64,000 bases of DNA from Macrostomum lignano. Taxonomy: Eukaryota. The notes below the pieces were generated by a model. The model saw only the letters and a program-made list of their open reading frames with translations. It did not search any database and was not told the DNA's origin. The stretch covers positions 535,992-599,991 of the forward strand of contig NIVC01000105.1 of the NCBI GenBank assembly GCA_002269645.1. The letters run 5' to 3'. The translations under genes were made by a program, and so were the position numbers. This document shows, in pieces, positions 13,201-25,812 of this stretch; within the stretch, counting starts at the first letter, position 1; every line of letters begins with the position of its first letter.

Positions 13201-14479
13201 TTCCAGGTCGTTCCCTTGCAAGATGAGGCCTGTATTTCTAGCCAATAGCTTCAGGGCCTATAGCAGTTTTGCATTGAAGCTGAACAAAAAACAACATTAA
13301 CTGGGAACAATATAGTTTTTGATATCGCAAACAATTTAAAGCTTTTTAATAAAAATTTATTTCTGGAAGTTTCCCTTCACTAACTTCATAAACGAATATA
13401 GTGTAACGGTTTGGAAATTGTGTAATTCAAATCTAGTTTATTTACATGGTGTATCTTAACTTTATTCAAATCCTTAGCTATTTAGATTACGTGCGTAATT
13501 TATTCTAGGGTTTTAATATTACGTATTTTGTTAATTTGGTTTCCGTTTCCAAGAAATGCGACTCATAATTTTAACATGTAAGTTCTAGTCTTTTTTCTGT
13601 AAGCGTGTGTCAGCCTGGGACGTAGATCAACCTAGCATGTACGTGAGATACAATAATTATAATCAGAGCCGATCACCAGTGTACGCATTCATACTAAGAC
13701 AGTAAGATTTCTTATGCTCCGAGTATAGTAAATCGTCCAGGACTGACAGACGTATCTGCTGAACCATATACGTTGCTAATACTCTCTTCGCTAGTAATAT
13801 TAAATATACCGGACTCGTTACAATAGTAATTATTAATTCAATGTATTGAAACGCATTCATAATTGTATTGAAGGAAACACAAACGATCTTCAACTGAGAA
13901 TTTCTAATTATTACTAAATATCTGTTCTTAAAGGCCATATGCATGTAGTAAATTATTACGATTACATGTACGTACAAAAATATAACACATTAAATACTCG
14001 TACGAGTATTCAGAAGATACTAAAAGGAAATCTCTATGGGTACGATTTGACTACAGACCAAATGATAGCGATAGTAATTTTAGACCATATTTTTCCGTAT
14101 TGTGGCCAGATCGGTGCACGGCTGAGAGCGGACCCCGCCAATACACAGGCCCCTGTACGTCTGGCTGCTGGGGAGTTTTGCCCAGCTAGCCAGTTCGATC
14201 TCACACCTCCCTATACTTGTTAAGTATAAATTAAACAAATATACGCAAGATCTTTTTGCTCGCTTGCTACTTTTCAACTAGCTACCACTCGCAAGCCGCT
14301 TTAGTATGTCAGTTGAAAACTGACAAGGAACAAAAAGGCTTCGAGAAGTTATGTTTTTTTTAAGCTAAGAGAAACCAAAGAGGAACAAAGACCAATAGAC
14401 TCCCCAACTTCTATTTTGAAGCATGAATAGGTTTTGTGTTTGCTTCACAGTTGCAAATATGGACTGTTACTAAATGCAC

Positions 14480-15812
14480 AAGAATAGTTTGGTTGGGCTC
14501 ATTCACAATAGGATTAGCTACTCACTCATCTCTATTGGGGACATCAGATCTGGAGACTCAGCAGGCGTTCGACTCCAGTTGATTTTTTTCTCCTCAATGA
14601 ATTTCCGAGCAAGCTGGCTGGTATGCTTGGGATCATTGTCCTTATTAAGGCGAAAAGCAAGTCAAATCAATAATAATATTTCATGGCAATCAGTTTTAGA
14701 ATAAAAAATTTACACAGCTAGGACCTGGAACTACGAGACTAGTACACATGTACGCTCGTACACGCATCTAGCGGATACTTACTGCAAACAGTCGGTGGCC
14801 ATTCGGAAGCATGTTCTGAATTGCTGGCAACAGAGCTCTGGTGAGAATTTTGTTGACAAGAACTCGGCTTTTATGATCCCTTTGAAGATTACAATTTGAG
14901 TGGCACCTCTGCGGCCAATTTCAGCCCACACATGAACCTAAAGTATGCATGTTATGTATATTAGCGAAAAAAATTACGATTCCAAGCATTGCCTCGTCTC
15001 TTAAGCCTTGTCTATAATATTGCCTATAGAGTTTTCACCTTTAATGAATGTTTAGGCATCTGCATTTTAGGACGAGTAGCATGCATTATCCGAAAAACAG
15101 TGCGGTGCGTTCGGCGAGGCATGGCAACTGTGCATTCGTCAGTAAATATCACATTCTCAAATGAGTCGTTAAGTGCTAATTTCGTCAAGCTTCAGAGGCA
15201 CCGAACAGGCAGATTTTTTCTTTTAATCACTTGGCATTGCCAGTATTGAGTTGTTGTTCTAATCCACCCTAACTTTCGTCTTATTCTCTTAACGGTGCTA
15301 GAGCTAATTTTGAGACCGAATTCTGACTTTGCTTTTAGACAGATGTCACCAACTGAGATTCGTCCCTCAGATTTCTTAATAAGGGTGTCAATTTAAATCG
15401 AATGTTTCCCACTTGGTTTCGTTTTCCCTTCGAGTTATGGTACTTCTTTTAGAAATAAGATAGAGTCGAAAAGCAGACTGTGAAACCTCAATAGTCCTAC
15501 TAACGTCATTTACAGTTTTATGCTCTAACAAAAACATTCTCCTAATGTCGATTTTTTGAGAGGATGATAAACGGTAACCCTGCTCATTACAAAGATAATT
15601 CGTATGCTCGTCAGACAAATGATAGGGCAAATACTGCAGTATATGCTTGGGACACAGAACGTATAAGAAGTTTAATATGTTCATTAAATGCAGCCAGCCC
15701 CCAGCCCCAACCAAGCAATCATGAAAAATTATAGAAACACTATGAAAACTATAAAAGAACTCAGTTTAGTTTTGTGTGCAGGGGACAGGAAATTCAGTCA
15801 GACCACGGACTG
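14480..15812 (-). pseudogene. Tc1-family DDE transposase pseudogene with introns and one TIR
   Basis: Minus-strand pieces: N-terminal HTH-like region, SSSTVKRIRRKLGW, FENVIFTDE (15,133-15,147), KHSLKV, GRRGATQIVIFKGI, DNDPKHTS (14,621-14,640), PAESPDL..PIE. Tc1-like end TA|CAGTCCGTGGTC at 15,812; partner TIR not found. Confidence 0.85.
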
Positions 15813-16559
15813 TATAAAAACAGGTTGAGTATCTTGGGACAAAGAGGCAACAGAAAAAGTCCGAGCATCTACAATTCAACATCATTTCTCTCTTTTCAAA
15901 AGGTCTGTAAGCTCTACACGTAGACAGTTAACACAGCAAAAAACGAATGAAATAAATCTTGTACAAATGGCAATTACATTTCAACGATAACTGGCTATAT
16001 AAACATTTTCAACTGATTCACTGGAAATTCGCATTGCAATCTGCTTCAAGAAAGTCAACGATGTAAAAACAACTAGTTTCTGAACAAGACACCGACTAGC
16101 TCTATCTAAAAATGTGTTGAAATTCAGGTTTCAGGCTACTGATACAGCTTGGCAATTCCTGGTTGATTTTCCCGGATTGGCCTATTTAAATGCATTAGAA
16201 TTTTCGGTAATCGCCGCCTTCGAATATCTGGAAAGCGGATTAATCTAGAGACACGATTTTTTCTGCGGGTGATACCGACTGGCACACTCTAATGATGTGT
16301 AGAATCCCATAGCTGAGGCTACTGATACAGCTTGGCAATATGCATGTACAAGCCTTTTCACTGTCAACTGTCACCGCACCGTGTCATTCTCTCTCTGTTG
16401 CGGTTTGGTGGGGGAAGCTGTATGTGCTCTCCCAATTGAACGCGCTTCAACCAATAGGAACAAATCCCATTCTATAGAATTCCAGAACGATTCCATGGAA
16501 AAATCGTGTCTTTCCGTGAACCCAACTGTATACAATTCATGTATACTATATCTCAGGGA

Positions 16560-16660
16560 CAGGGGATCTCCAAACTCCAACCCGCGGGCCACATGCGGCC
16601 CGCCAAGCCTCTATCCGGCCCCGGGTCCTCTAAAACTTCACAAATGCAATCCGGCCTGCT
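16560..16660 (+). mobile_element. hAT (Charlie-like) terminal fragment
   Basis: CAGGGGATCTCCAAACT...CCCGCGGGCCACATGCGGCCC matches the common Charlie-type end. Confidence 0.55.
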
Positions 16661-19600
16661 TAGGGTTTGTGCCTCTTCTCAGCTGTCTTCTCTCTAATCT
16701 CCTATATCTTTTCTTCACTCTCTTCTCTTCTCCCCTTTTCCCTTTCACTTCTCTCTCCCTTCTCTCCTTCCACTTTTCTTCTCCCCTTATTTCATCTTCC
16801 TTCTCTATTCTCCCTTCTCTCCTTCCGCTTTTCTTCTCCCCTTATCTTACCTCCCTTCCTCACCTCTCTCTTCTATCCCTTCTCTGTTGACTTTAAAAAC
16901 TTTGACTTTATTCGGGCCTATCCTTCCGCTATATCACACTTGCAGTTGGATCTAGCTTAGGCCTTTCTTCTTTCTCCCTTTAGCCTATACAAAAAGAGGG
17001 CAAGAAAGAAACCATGGGATAAAGCGAATCTTTTCTACATAAACGTATTTCATGCATATCTACAGTTTCTGATCTGTAAGCTAATGTAAAAAATTAAAAT
17101 TCCAGTGCAGATTAAGTACGCACCATTAAAGGAACAAAACTATTTTAATCAAGTTTTATCTCTTTAAAGCGTTCATGCTTTTTGGCTACTATAAGCAGCT
17201 AGCTAAAAGCTTAAAAAATAACTGTCTTAGCACTCCATCTCTTGTATAGCTGTGCAAATACAGCGGTCTGCCCTTTTCAGCTTTTCATCAAAAGTATTAA
17301 GGGCAAACAACTATTTTGGAAAAAACTAATCTAAAAAACTATATGCTAGCAAATGCGAGCGCCCTTGGGCAACAGGGCGCAGAGTAGGGCGTACTGTGTT
17401 TTTTTTGAAAAAATATGGATTGAATTAAACGGTAATTCTAGGGCAAACTTTTATGTTCTTTGTGTGTTTACCCTAGTTGACAATGACTTACTAAATCTTA
17501 CAGTATCTGTCTTACCTATCTTTTAAGATCATTTAAGATCGTATAAGTATTGATTTAGAGTTTCTTGCCAGATTTTGTCAGATCTTGTAAGATAGCAACA
17601 GATCTTGTAAGACGGCTAGCAGATCTTGTACGATATAGCTACCAGATCTTATATGAATTCGTAAGACCTCTACATGTATTTTTTAATGGTTAGTATCTAA
17701 TCCAGTTCAATAAATTCATACGGTTCGGTTCGCAAAAGAGCACAAGATCTGATCTGATGTGCCTAGATGCAAGATGCAAACTTAAGCTATCTATGACTAA
17801 AAGGCTCATCAATTCAACTCTGTTGCCAATAAAATAAACAGTGAAAGAAAATACCGCAAATGTCTTGTTTTTTTTTAAACTAAATTGTAATTTAAATGAT
17901 TATTGGGTTAAATGTAGAATATATAGTTAAGATTGAAAAGTCAAAGTCAAAAAGGCTTCATAATATTCGCAGCTTATGTTATCAGCAAAGCACAATTAAT
18001 TTTCCATAATTCAAAACAAACCAAAAAAACTTAACATTTACTTCATTAATATGTATACAAAGAAAGGATGAAATCGCAGTCCAGTATTGCATTATAATTT
18101 CTGGTTTAAATTTAGCAGTTAAGCAGTTTAAGCAACTGTTTCTACTGGCAGTAAAATAAAAATAATAAAGTTAATATAAAATAAATAGGTAACTTACTGT
18201 TACAGACGCAAATGAGCAGTAAAACAGGAAAAAATATGCTCAGTATTACAGAAAGCCTTTCAGTAGGAAAATTGCTGTGAAAAAACAAGATGTACACTGT
18301 ACAGTAATGGCAGTACAAATTAAACTTCATTCATGAAGTTACCATGATAGCGCTTAAAATTATACATATAAGTAGCACATTGCACTTTTGTAGCAAAAAA
18401 CTACAGGTACACAAGTTAAAATGTCTAGATAAAATGGCACGCTTTAGGAGCAGGTGCATCTGCAAGATAAAAAGAATTGTATTTTATTTTATATGATAAA
18501 AAGTATAACTGTGCTTTTGAAAAAAATCTATAAATTATAAAACAATTGATCTATAAATTCTACTTCCAATATACTAAAAATCAAAACTATGTACCTACCT
18601 TCCTTCTTCTTCTTTCTTCTTCTAATATACTAAAAGTCCTACCTTTGTTTGTCTGTTTGTCTGTCTGTTTGTGAATGACGCATTTAATACTGAATGCCTC
18701 AACCAAATTTGATCGCGTTTTTTTCTAAACCTGCAAAATTTTTCAAGGATTGTACCTAAAAAATTTCAAATATTTGCTTCCGTGCTAAGTGGATTAAATA
18801 TTCGAAAAACGAGTTTTCCCTATGCTTTTAATGGGAGGCTAGAAAAGGTCAAAATCTCGACTGACTGAATTGAAACTCCAATTGAGATTGCGCCATAACT
18901 TTTTTCTCCAAGTTTCAATACTGGCTACAGTGTGCAAGGGAGAGAAAAAATGCTCAGTGGCTGTGTGTACATTCCTCTGACCCTAGCTGAATGGCGGACT
19001 GCATAGACAATTGCTATTTATAGATTTCACTCAACTGTGCATTGGCTCTGCCTGCGCACTGAGCAGCCTATCACTGCTATGTATTTGACTGCAGTGTCGA
19101 AGCTTATATGGCTGATTTTCTCGCCTTTCCATCAATAGGCGGAGTAGCCGCATGTAGGCACTAGGTTTAGGCTAGGCGTAAGGTCCCAGGTTCGAATCCA
19201 CCTCGCTGCGAACAATTAAATTTGAATTAATTTATATTTATTTGTAACTTATGCATGGACTAATTAGAACATCTTTCAATTGATATTGATTAATAGCGAT
19301 GGAAATTTTTTTATTAAGTAAAGCAATAAATTATTTTTGCTAATCGGCACAAGCCACTAAGCAAATTTGATTTGTAAAACTGCTTCAAGTCTGGCTGATC
19401 TCATCAATGGGTGTTGCCTAGCTCCATTTAAAGTATGAAAGTGCTAAAATGCAGACAATGCTGCTAAACTGCTGAAGGCATAGGCACAGCTAAATCCTGA
19501 GTTGTGCAAAAGTCCGCCGATATGTATCGAACACTGATTAATGAGTCGTACTAAATGCTGAGAAATGTTTTAAATTGTTGAAAGGATCATTGCAAGTTTG

Positions 19601-19792
19601 CTGAGACTGAGGAGCCAGCCGAGAGAACTGCAGAATGCTTGGGGATGAATGAAAATTCTTGAGGGAATAGTATAGGCTTCTCTTCGAAAATAGCCGCGTT
19701 GTAGAGGCAAAGCAGATGGTCGGCAATTGGAGTCTGCATTGAAGCTGAAAAGTATACCTATAACTTTGAAATTTTGAAATTTTCATTGAATG

Positions 19793-20561
19793 ATATAGCT
19801 TTTTGCAGCCCATTTGGGCTTACGTGCATTTAATTTAATCCAAATTGATTTGCCTAAGTAAATGAGCTTATTGTCTATGGTAGAAAGGCTGCCACAGCGG
19901 CACTTAATTTAGTCCAACAAGCATCAATTTGGTCCATAGCTTCATTTGCAACTGTTGCGGAGGAGCAAGATCAGCTCCATAATTGTGAACCATGCTAGGT
20001 CGTCGAACGAATGCCACTGGCTTGTGGTCAAAGCAATCAACAGAGGTGAACACCCAAAGGACATTGCAAGGTTGCTGAATATATTGTAGAAGAAAGATGG
20101 TTTACAGCATCCATCAGCGTGTTGAAACCACTTCTGGCATAGGTCGCCTGTGAAAGGTGGCAATCGCCAAGGCAAGTTGCTAGAGACTCAGTTCCAACTG
20201 CTACTTAATGCAATTGAGACGAACCCTTTGTTGACGGAGCAGAAAATGCAGCAGAAGTTGAAGGAAAAGTTCCAGTTGGTTATCAGATTTGGACTATCAG
20301 CAGAGCTCTGGAAAAGCGACTGAAAATTGCTGGTACAGACGCTGACATTCCAGCGGTGCGCAACAAACCTTAGGCGGTTGCGAGAAGGCAAGAGTTTGGC
20401 ATTGGCTCACAAGCATTTGGACCAAATTGATGCTTGTTGGACTAAATTAAATGCCACTGTGGCAGCCTTTCTACCATAGACAATAAGCTCATTTACTTAG
20501 GCAAATCAATTTGGATTAAATTAAATGCGCGTAAGCCCAAATAAACTGCAAAAAGCTATAT
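19793..20561 (+). mobile_element. Foldback element with 144-bp inverted repeats around a Tc1/IS630-like HTH fragment
   Basis: Inverted repeats 19,793-19,936 and 20,418-20,561. The interior translates with frameshifts to VKAINRGEHPKDIARLLNI...GKLLETQFQLLLNAIETNPLLT...WTISRAL...PAVRN. Confidence 0.7.
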
Positions 20562-20629
20562 TATTCTGGGACTGCATTAATCTTTTAGATCAGTGCCAAT
20601 CTATTGTATGTGCTAATTTGCAGAGAGCA

Positions 20630-21660
20630 TTACTAATCTGGAAGAGTGGTGCTAATCTGGAGGAGTAGTGCTAATCTTGGCAAATTGTTGCTAATCTGAG
20701 CGGAGTGCTAATTATTAGGGGTAGTGGTGCTAATCTGGGGGGGAAGTCTGGGGGCTCAGTAATGCTAATCTGAGGAGCGGTGCTAATCTGGGGGAGCGGT
20801 GTTAATTTTGTATAAAATTGTGCTAATTTTTGGGAAGTTCTGCTAACTTTTGGGGAGTGGTGCTAATCTGGAGGAGTAGTGCTAATCTTGGCAAAGTGTA
20901 GCTAATCTGGAGGAGTAGTGCTAATCTTGGCAAATTGTTGCTAATCTGAGCGGAGTGCTAATTATTAGGGGTAGTGGTGCTAATCTGGGGGGAAGTCTGG
21001 GGGCTCAGTAATGCTAATCTGAGGAGCGGTGCTAATCTGGGGGAGCGGTGCTAATTTTGCAAAAAACTGTGCTAATTTTTGGGAAGTTCTGCTAATTTTT
21101 GGGGAGTGGTGCTAATCTGGGGGTGGTGCTGATCTGGGGGAGTGGTACTAATCTGGGGAGCGGTGCTAATCCGGGGAAGTGGTGGTAATTTTTGGGGAGT
21201 GGTGCTAATAGTGCTAATCTGGGGGAGAGGTGCTAATAGTGCTAATCTGGGGGAGTGGTGCTAATCTGGGGGAAGAAGCACAGAACTTTCAGTGATGTAA
21301 GTTCTGTGGGAAGAAGTGCTAATCTGGAGGAAGTAGTGCTAATCTGGGGGAAGTAGTGCTAATCTAAGGAAGTGGTGCTACTTTTGGGGGAATGATGCTA
21401 ATCTGAGGAGCGTTGCTAATCTGAGGAGCGTTGCTAATCTGAGGAGCGTTGCTAATCTGGGGGGAAGTAGTGCTAATCTGAGGAGCGGTGCTAATCTGGG
21501 GGGAATAGTGCTAATCTGAGGAGCGTTGCTAATCTGAGGAGCGGTGCTAATCTGGGGGGAAGTAGTGCTAATCTGAGGAGCAGTGCTAATCTGGGGGGGT
21601 AAATAGTGCTAATCTGAGGAGCGTTGCTAATCTGAGCAGCGGTGCTAATCTTGGAAAAGT
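20630..21660. repeat. Minisatellite (about 18-21 bp, core GTGCTAATCTGGGGG / GTGCTAATCTGAGGAGCG)
   Basis: Dozens of copies; an approximately 240-bp block is duplicated (about 20,630-20,870 vs 20,880-21,110). Confidence 0.9.
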
Positions 21661-22402
21661 GTTGTTAAGGTGAGTGGTGCTGAGTTTGTTTTTGCAAAAA
21701 TGAGAAAAAGTAATTTTTGATTAATGGAAATGGTAATTATGGTTACCATTGGACCAAAATAAAAACCAATTGGTGTCATTTCTAAGGCCCCCCAGCGGGG
21801 GGGCTAATGGCTAGTCCTATATACTAAAAATGAAATGTGTGTCTCTGTGAGATAGATTTCAGAAAAAACGGCTTAACCGATTTTCTTCAAACTTGCACCA
21901 TTCGATCAGAAATTTTTCTGGGACGGTACATGCATCTTGGCTAAGAAATTGCTCAATGTTAAAGGGATTAAATATTCGAAAAACATGCTTTTATGCAAAG
22001 GTCAAGCCAAATTTTCGACTTGAAATGCGTTGTAAGAATGCTAGAGAAAAAACTGACTGGCTGAATTCCGATTGTGATAAAGATTGCATCACAAAAAGTT
22101 GAAAACAGTGTCAAAGAAATGCACACACGACTTGATAGAAATTGCGTAACCAATATTGCTAACTTAAATTGGGACTGATACTGGCTGACTGAGAAATTGA
22201 TTATGTCATAACTTTTTACTCCAATTGACTTGCTGTAAGAATTGAATTATAAGGGCCACAATTCATGTTCTCAAATTAAAAAGAGATAGCCTAGATGCGA
22301 GCAGACTGGACAGCTAATGTAGTGACCTGGGTTCCAATCTTAGTAGAGCAAAATAATGTTAATGTTAAATGTTACATATGTTAAAACACCTTCAAAACAC
22401 AA

Positions 22403-25400
22403 CATGCTAAACATAAAAGGGCCACCATGCCAAGCATATACGTGACTCCATGTCGAACATTAAAGAGCAAACATGTCAAACATTAGAGCCACCATGTCGA
22501 ACATTAAAGAGCCACCATGTCAAACATTAAAGAGCTACCATGTCAAACAAAAAAGAGCCACCATGTCAAAAATTAGAGCCACCATGTCGAACATTAAAGA
22601 GCCACCATGTCAAACATTAAAGAGCTACCATGTCAAACAAAAAAGAGCCACCATGTCAAAAATTAGAGCCACCATGTCGAACATTAAAGAGCCACCATGT
22701 CAAACATTAAAGAGCCACCATGTCGAGCATATACGTGACTCCATGTCGAACATTAAAGAGCCACTATATCAAACAAAAAAGAGCCACCATGTCGAACATT
22801 AAAGGGCCACAATGTCAAAAATTAAAGAGCCACCATGTAAACATAATAGAGCCACCATGTCCAACATTAAAGAGCCACCATGTCAAAGATTAAAGAGCCA
22901 CTATATCAAACATTAAAGAGCTACCATTTCAAACATAAAAGAGCCACCATGTTGAACATTAAAGAGCCACTGTAAAACAAAAAAAAACATTTCGAACACT
23001 AAAGAGCCACCATGTCGAACATTAAAGAGCTACCATGTCAAACATTAAAGAGCTCCCATGTCAAACATTAAAGAGCCACCATGTCAAACATTAAAGTGCC
23101 ATCGTGTCGAACATTAAAGAGCCACCATGTCGAACATAAAGGAGCCACCATGTCGAACATTAAAGAGCCACCATGTCAAACATATACGTGACTTCATGTC
23201 GAACATTAAAGAGCCACCATGTCAAACATAAAAGAGCCACTATGTAAAACATATATGTGACTCTATATCAAACATATACGTGACTTCATGTCGAACATTA
23301 AAGAGCCACCATTTCAAACATAAAAGAGCCACTATGTAAAACATATATGTGACTCTATATCAAACATATACGTGACTTCATGTCGAACATTAAAGAGCCA
23401 CCATATCAAACATATACGAGTAAGAGACTTTATTTCAAACATAAAAGAGCCACCATGTTGAGCATTAAAAAGCCACAATGTAAAACATAAAAACGACCAT
23501 TTCGAACATTAAAGAGCCACCATGTCGAACATTAAAGATCCACCATGTCAAACATTAAAGTGCCATCGTGTCGAACATAGAAGAGCCACTATGTTGAACA
23601 TTAAAGAGACACCATGTCAAACATTAAAGAGCCACCATTTTGAACATTAAAGAGCCACCATGTCGAACATAAAGGAGCCACCATGTCGAACATAAAAGAA
23701 CCATCATGTAGAACATAAAAGAGCCACTTTGTTGAATATTAAAGAGCCACTATTTCAAACATTAAAGAGCCACCATGTCAAACATTAAAGAGCCACCATG
23801 TCGAACATAAAGGAGCCACCATGTCGAACATAAAAGAGCCACCATGTCGAACATTCAAGAGCCACCATGTCGAACATAAAAAAGCCAGCATGTAAAACAA
23901 CTGAGCCACCATGTCAAACAAAAAAGAGACACTATGACAAACATAAACGTGACTCCATGTCAAACATTAAAGAGACACCATGTCAAACATAACAGAGCCA
24001 CCATGGCGAACATTAAAGAGCCACCATGTCAAACATTAAAGAGCCACCATGTCGAATATAAAAGAGCCACCATGTCAAACATTAAAGAGCCTCCATGTCG
24101 AACATTAAAGAGCCACCATTTCAAACATAAAAGAGCCACTATGTAAAACATATATGTGACTCTATATCAAACATATACGTGACTTCATGTCGAACATTAA
24201 AGAGCCACCATGTCAAACATAAACGAGCCACTATGTAAAACATATATGTGACTCTATATCAAACATATACGTGACTTCATGTCGAACATTAAAGAGCCAC
24301 CATGTCAAACATATACGTGACTTCATGTCGAACATTAAAGAGCCTCCATGTCAAACATAAAAGAGCCACTATGTAAAACATATATGTGACTCTATATCAA
24401 ACATATACGTGACTTCATGTCGAACATTAAAGAGCCACCATTTCAAACATAAAAGAGCCACTATGTAAAACATATATGTGACTCTATATCAAACATATAC
24501 GTGACTTCATGTCGAACATTAAAGAGCCACCATTTCAAACATAAAAGAGCCACTATGTAAAACATATATGTGACTCTATATCAAAAATATACGTGACTTC
24601 ATGTCGAACATTAAAGAGCCACCATGTCAAACATATACGTGACTTCATGTCGAACATTAAAGAGCCACCATGTCAAACATAAAAGAGCCACTATGTAAAA
24701 CATATATGTGACTCTATATCAAACATATACGTGACTTCATGTCGAACATTAAAGAGCCACCATTTCAAACATAAAAGAGCCACTATGTAAAACATATATG
24801 TGACTCTATATCAAACATATACGTGACTTCATGTCGAACATTAAAGAGCCACCATATCAAACATATACGAGTAAGAGACTTTATTTCAAACATAAAAGAG
24901 CCACCATGTTGAGCATTAAAAAGCCACAATGTAAAACATAAAAACGACCATTTCGAACATTAAAGAGCCACCATGTCGAACATTAAAGATCCACCATGTC
25001 AAACATTAAAGTGCCATCGTGTCGAACATAGAAGAGCCACTATGTTGAACATTAAAGAGCCACCATGTCAAACATTAAAGAGCCACCATTTTGAACATTA
25101 AAGAGCCACCATGTCGAACATAAAGGAGCCACCATGTCGAACATAAAAGAACCATCATGTAGAACATAAAAGAGCCACCATGTCTAATATAAAAGAGCCA
25201 CCATTTCGAACATAAAAGAGCCACTTTGTTGAATATTAAAGAGCCACTATTTCAAACAATAAAGAGCCACCATGTCAAACAATAAAGAGCCACCATGTCG
25301 AACATAAAGGAGCCACCATGTCGAACATAAAAGAACCATCATGTAGAACATAAAAGAGCCACCATGTCTAATATAAAAGAGCCACCATTTCGAACATAAA

Positions 25401-25560
25401 GGAGCCACTATGTCGAACATAAAAGAGCCACCATGTTGAAAATTAAAGAGCCAACCTGTAAAACATTTAAAAGATTTACCATGTCAAACATATAAGTGAC
25501 TTCATTTCAAACATAAAAGAGCCACCATGTCAAACTTAAAAGATACACAATTTCAAACGT
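22403..25560. repeat. 23-bp minisatellite array of about 3.15 kb with higher-order repeats
   Basis: Unit TTAAAGAGCCACCATGTC(A/G)AACA, roughly 135 copies by length; 4-mer (about 92-bp) higher-order units at 24,130-24,850. Confidence 0.95.
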
Positions 25561-25637
25561 AAAAGTGAGCGAATTTTAAAGTAGCCACTATAATGCTAAG
25601 GAAATTGTCGCACTAGCTACTTATTGTCTGGTGGATA

Positions 25638-25812
25638 GGGATGCTTGCTATCTGGGGATGCTTGCTATCTGGGGGATGCTTGCTATCTGGGGGATGCTTG
25701 CTATCTGGGGGATGCTTGCAATTTGGGTGATGCTTGCTATCTGGGGATGCTTGCTATCCGGGGGATGCTTGCAATCTGGGGGATGCTTGCTATCTGGGGG
25801 ATGCTTGCTGTC
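25638..25812. repeat. 17-18-bp tandem array GGATGCTTGCTATCTGGG
   Basis: About 10 copies; homologous to 1960-2150. Confidence 0.9.

Larger units (their letters stand above)
18621..21814 (+). mobile_element. Non-autonomous Helitron-like element
   Basis: 5' TCTAATATACTAAAA plus (GTTT/GTCT)n; 3' hairpin GCCCCCC-AGC-GGGGGG(G)C then TAATGGCTAG|T at 21,811-21,815. Contains a tRNA-like module, a Tc1-like foldback insert and a tandem array. Confidence 0.75.

Noticed and set aside
13402-14330. Possible LTR downstream of the Gypsy integrase fragment
   Set aside because: TG start present, but no PPT, end or TSD could be confirmed.
16381-16960. Leu/Ser/Phe-rich ORFs (and Glu/Arg-rich 44,132-44,353)
   Set aside because: Derived from CT-rich low-complexity tracts.
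14400-21814. Fanzor/TnpB-like nuclease associated with Tc1 or Helitron elements
   Set aside because: No RuvC or zinc-finger DRDxNAAxN-type motifs found; a profile search would be needed to exclude very degraded copies.
22403-25560. 23-bp array as a CRISPR array, and ORFs such as MSNIKEPPCQTL at 1563, 22,473 and 23,934
   Set aside because: Units are contiguous with no unique spacers and no cas genes; the ORFs are translations of the satellite.
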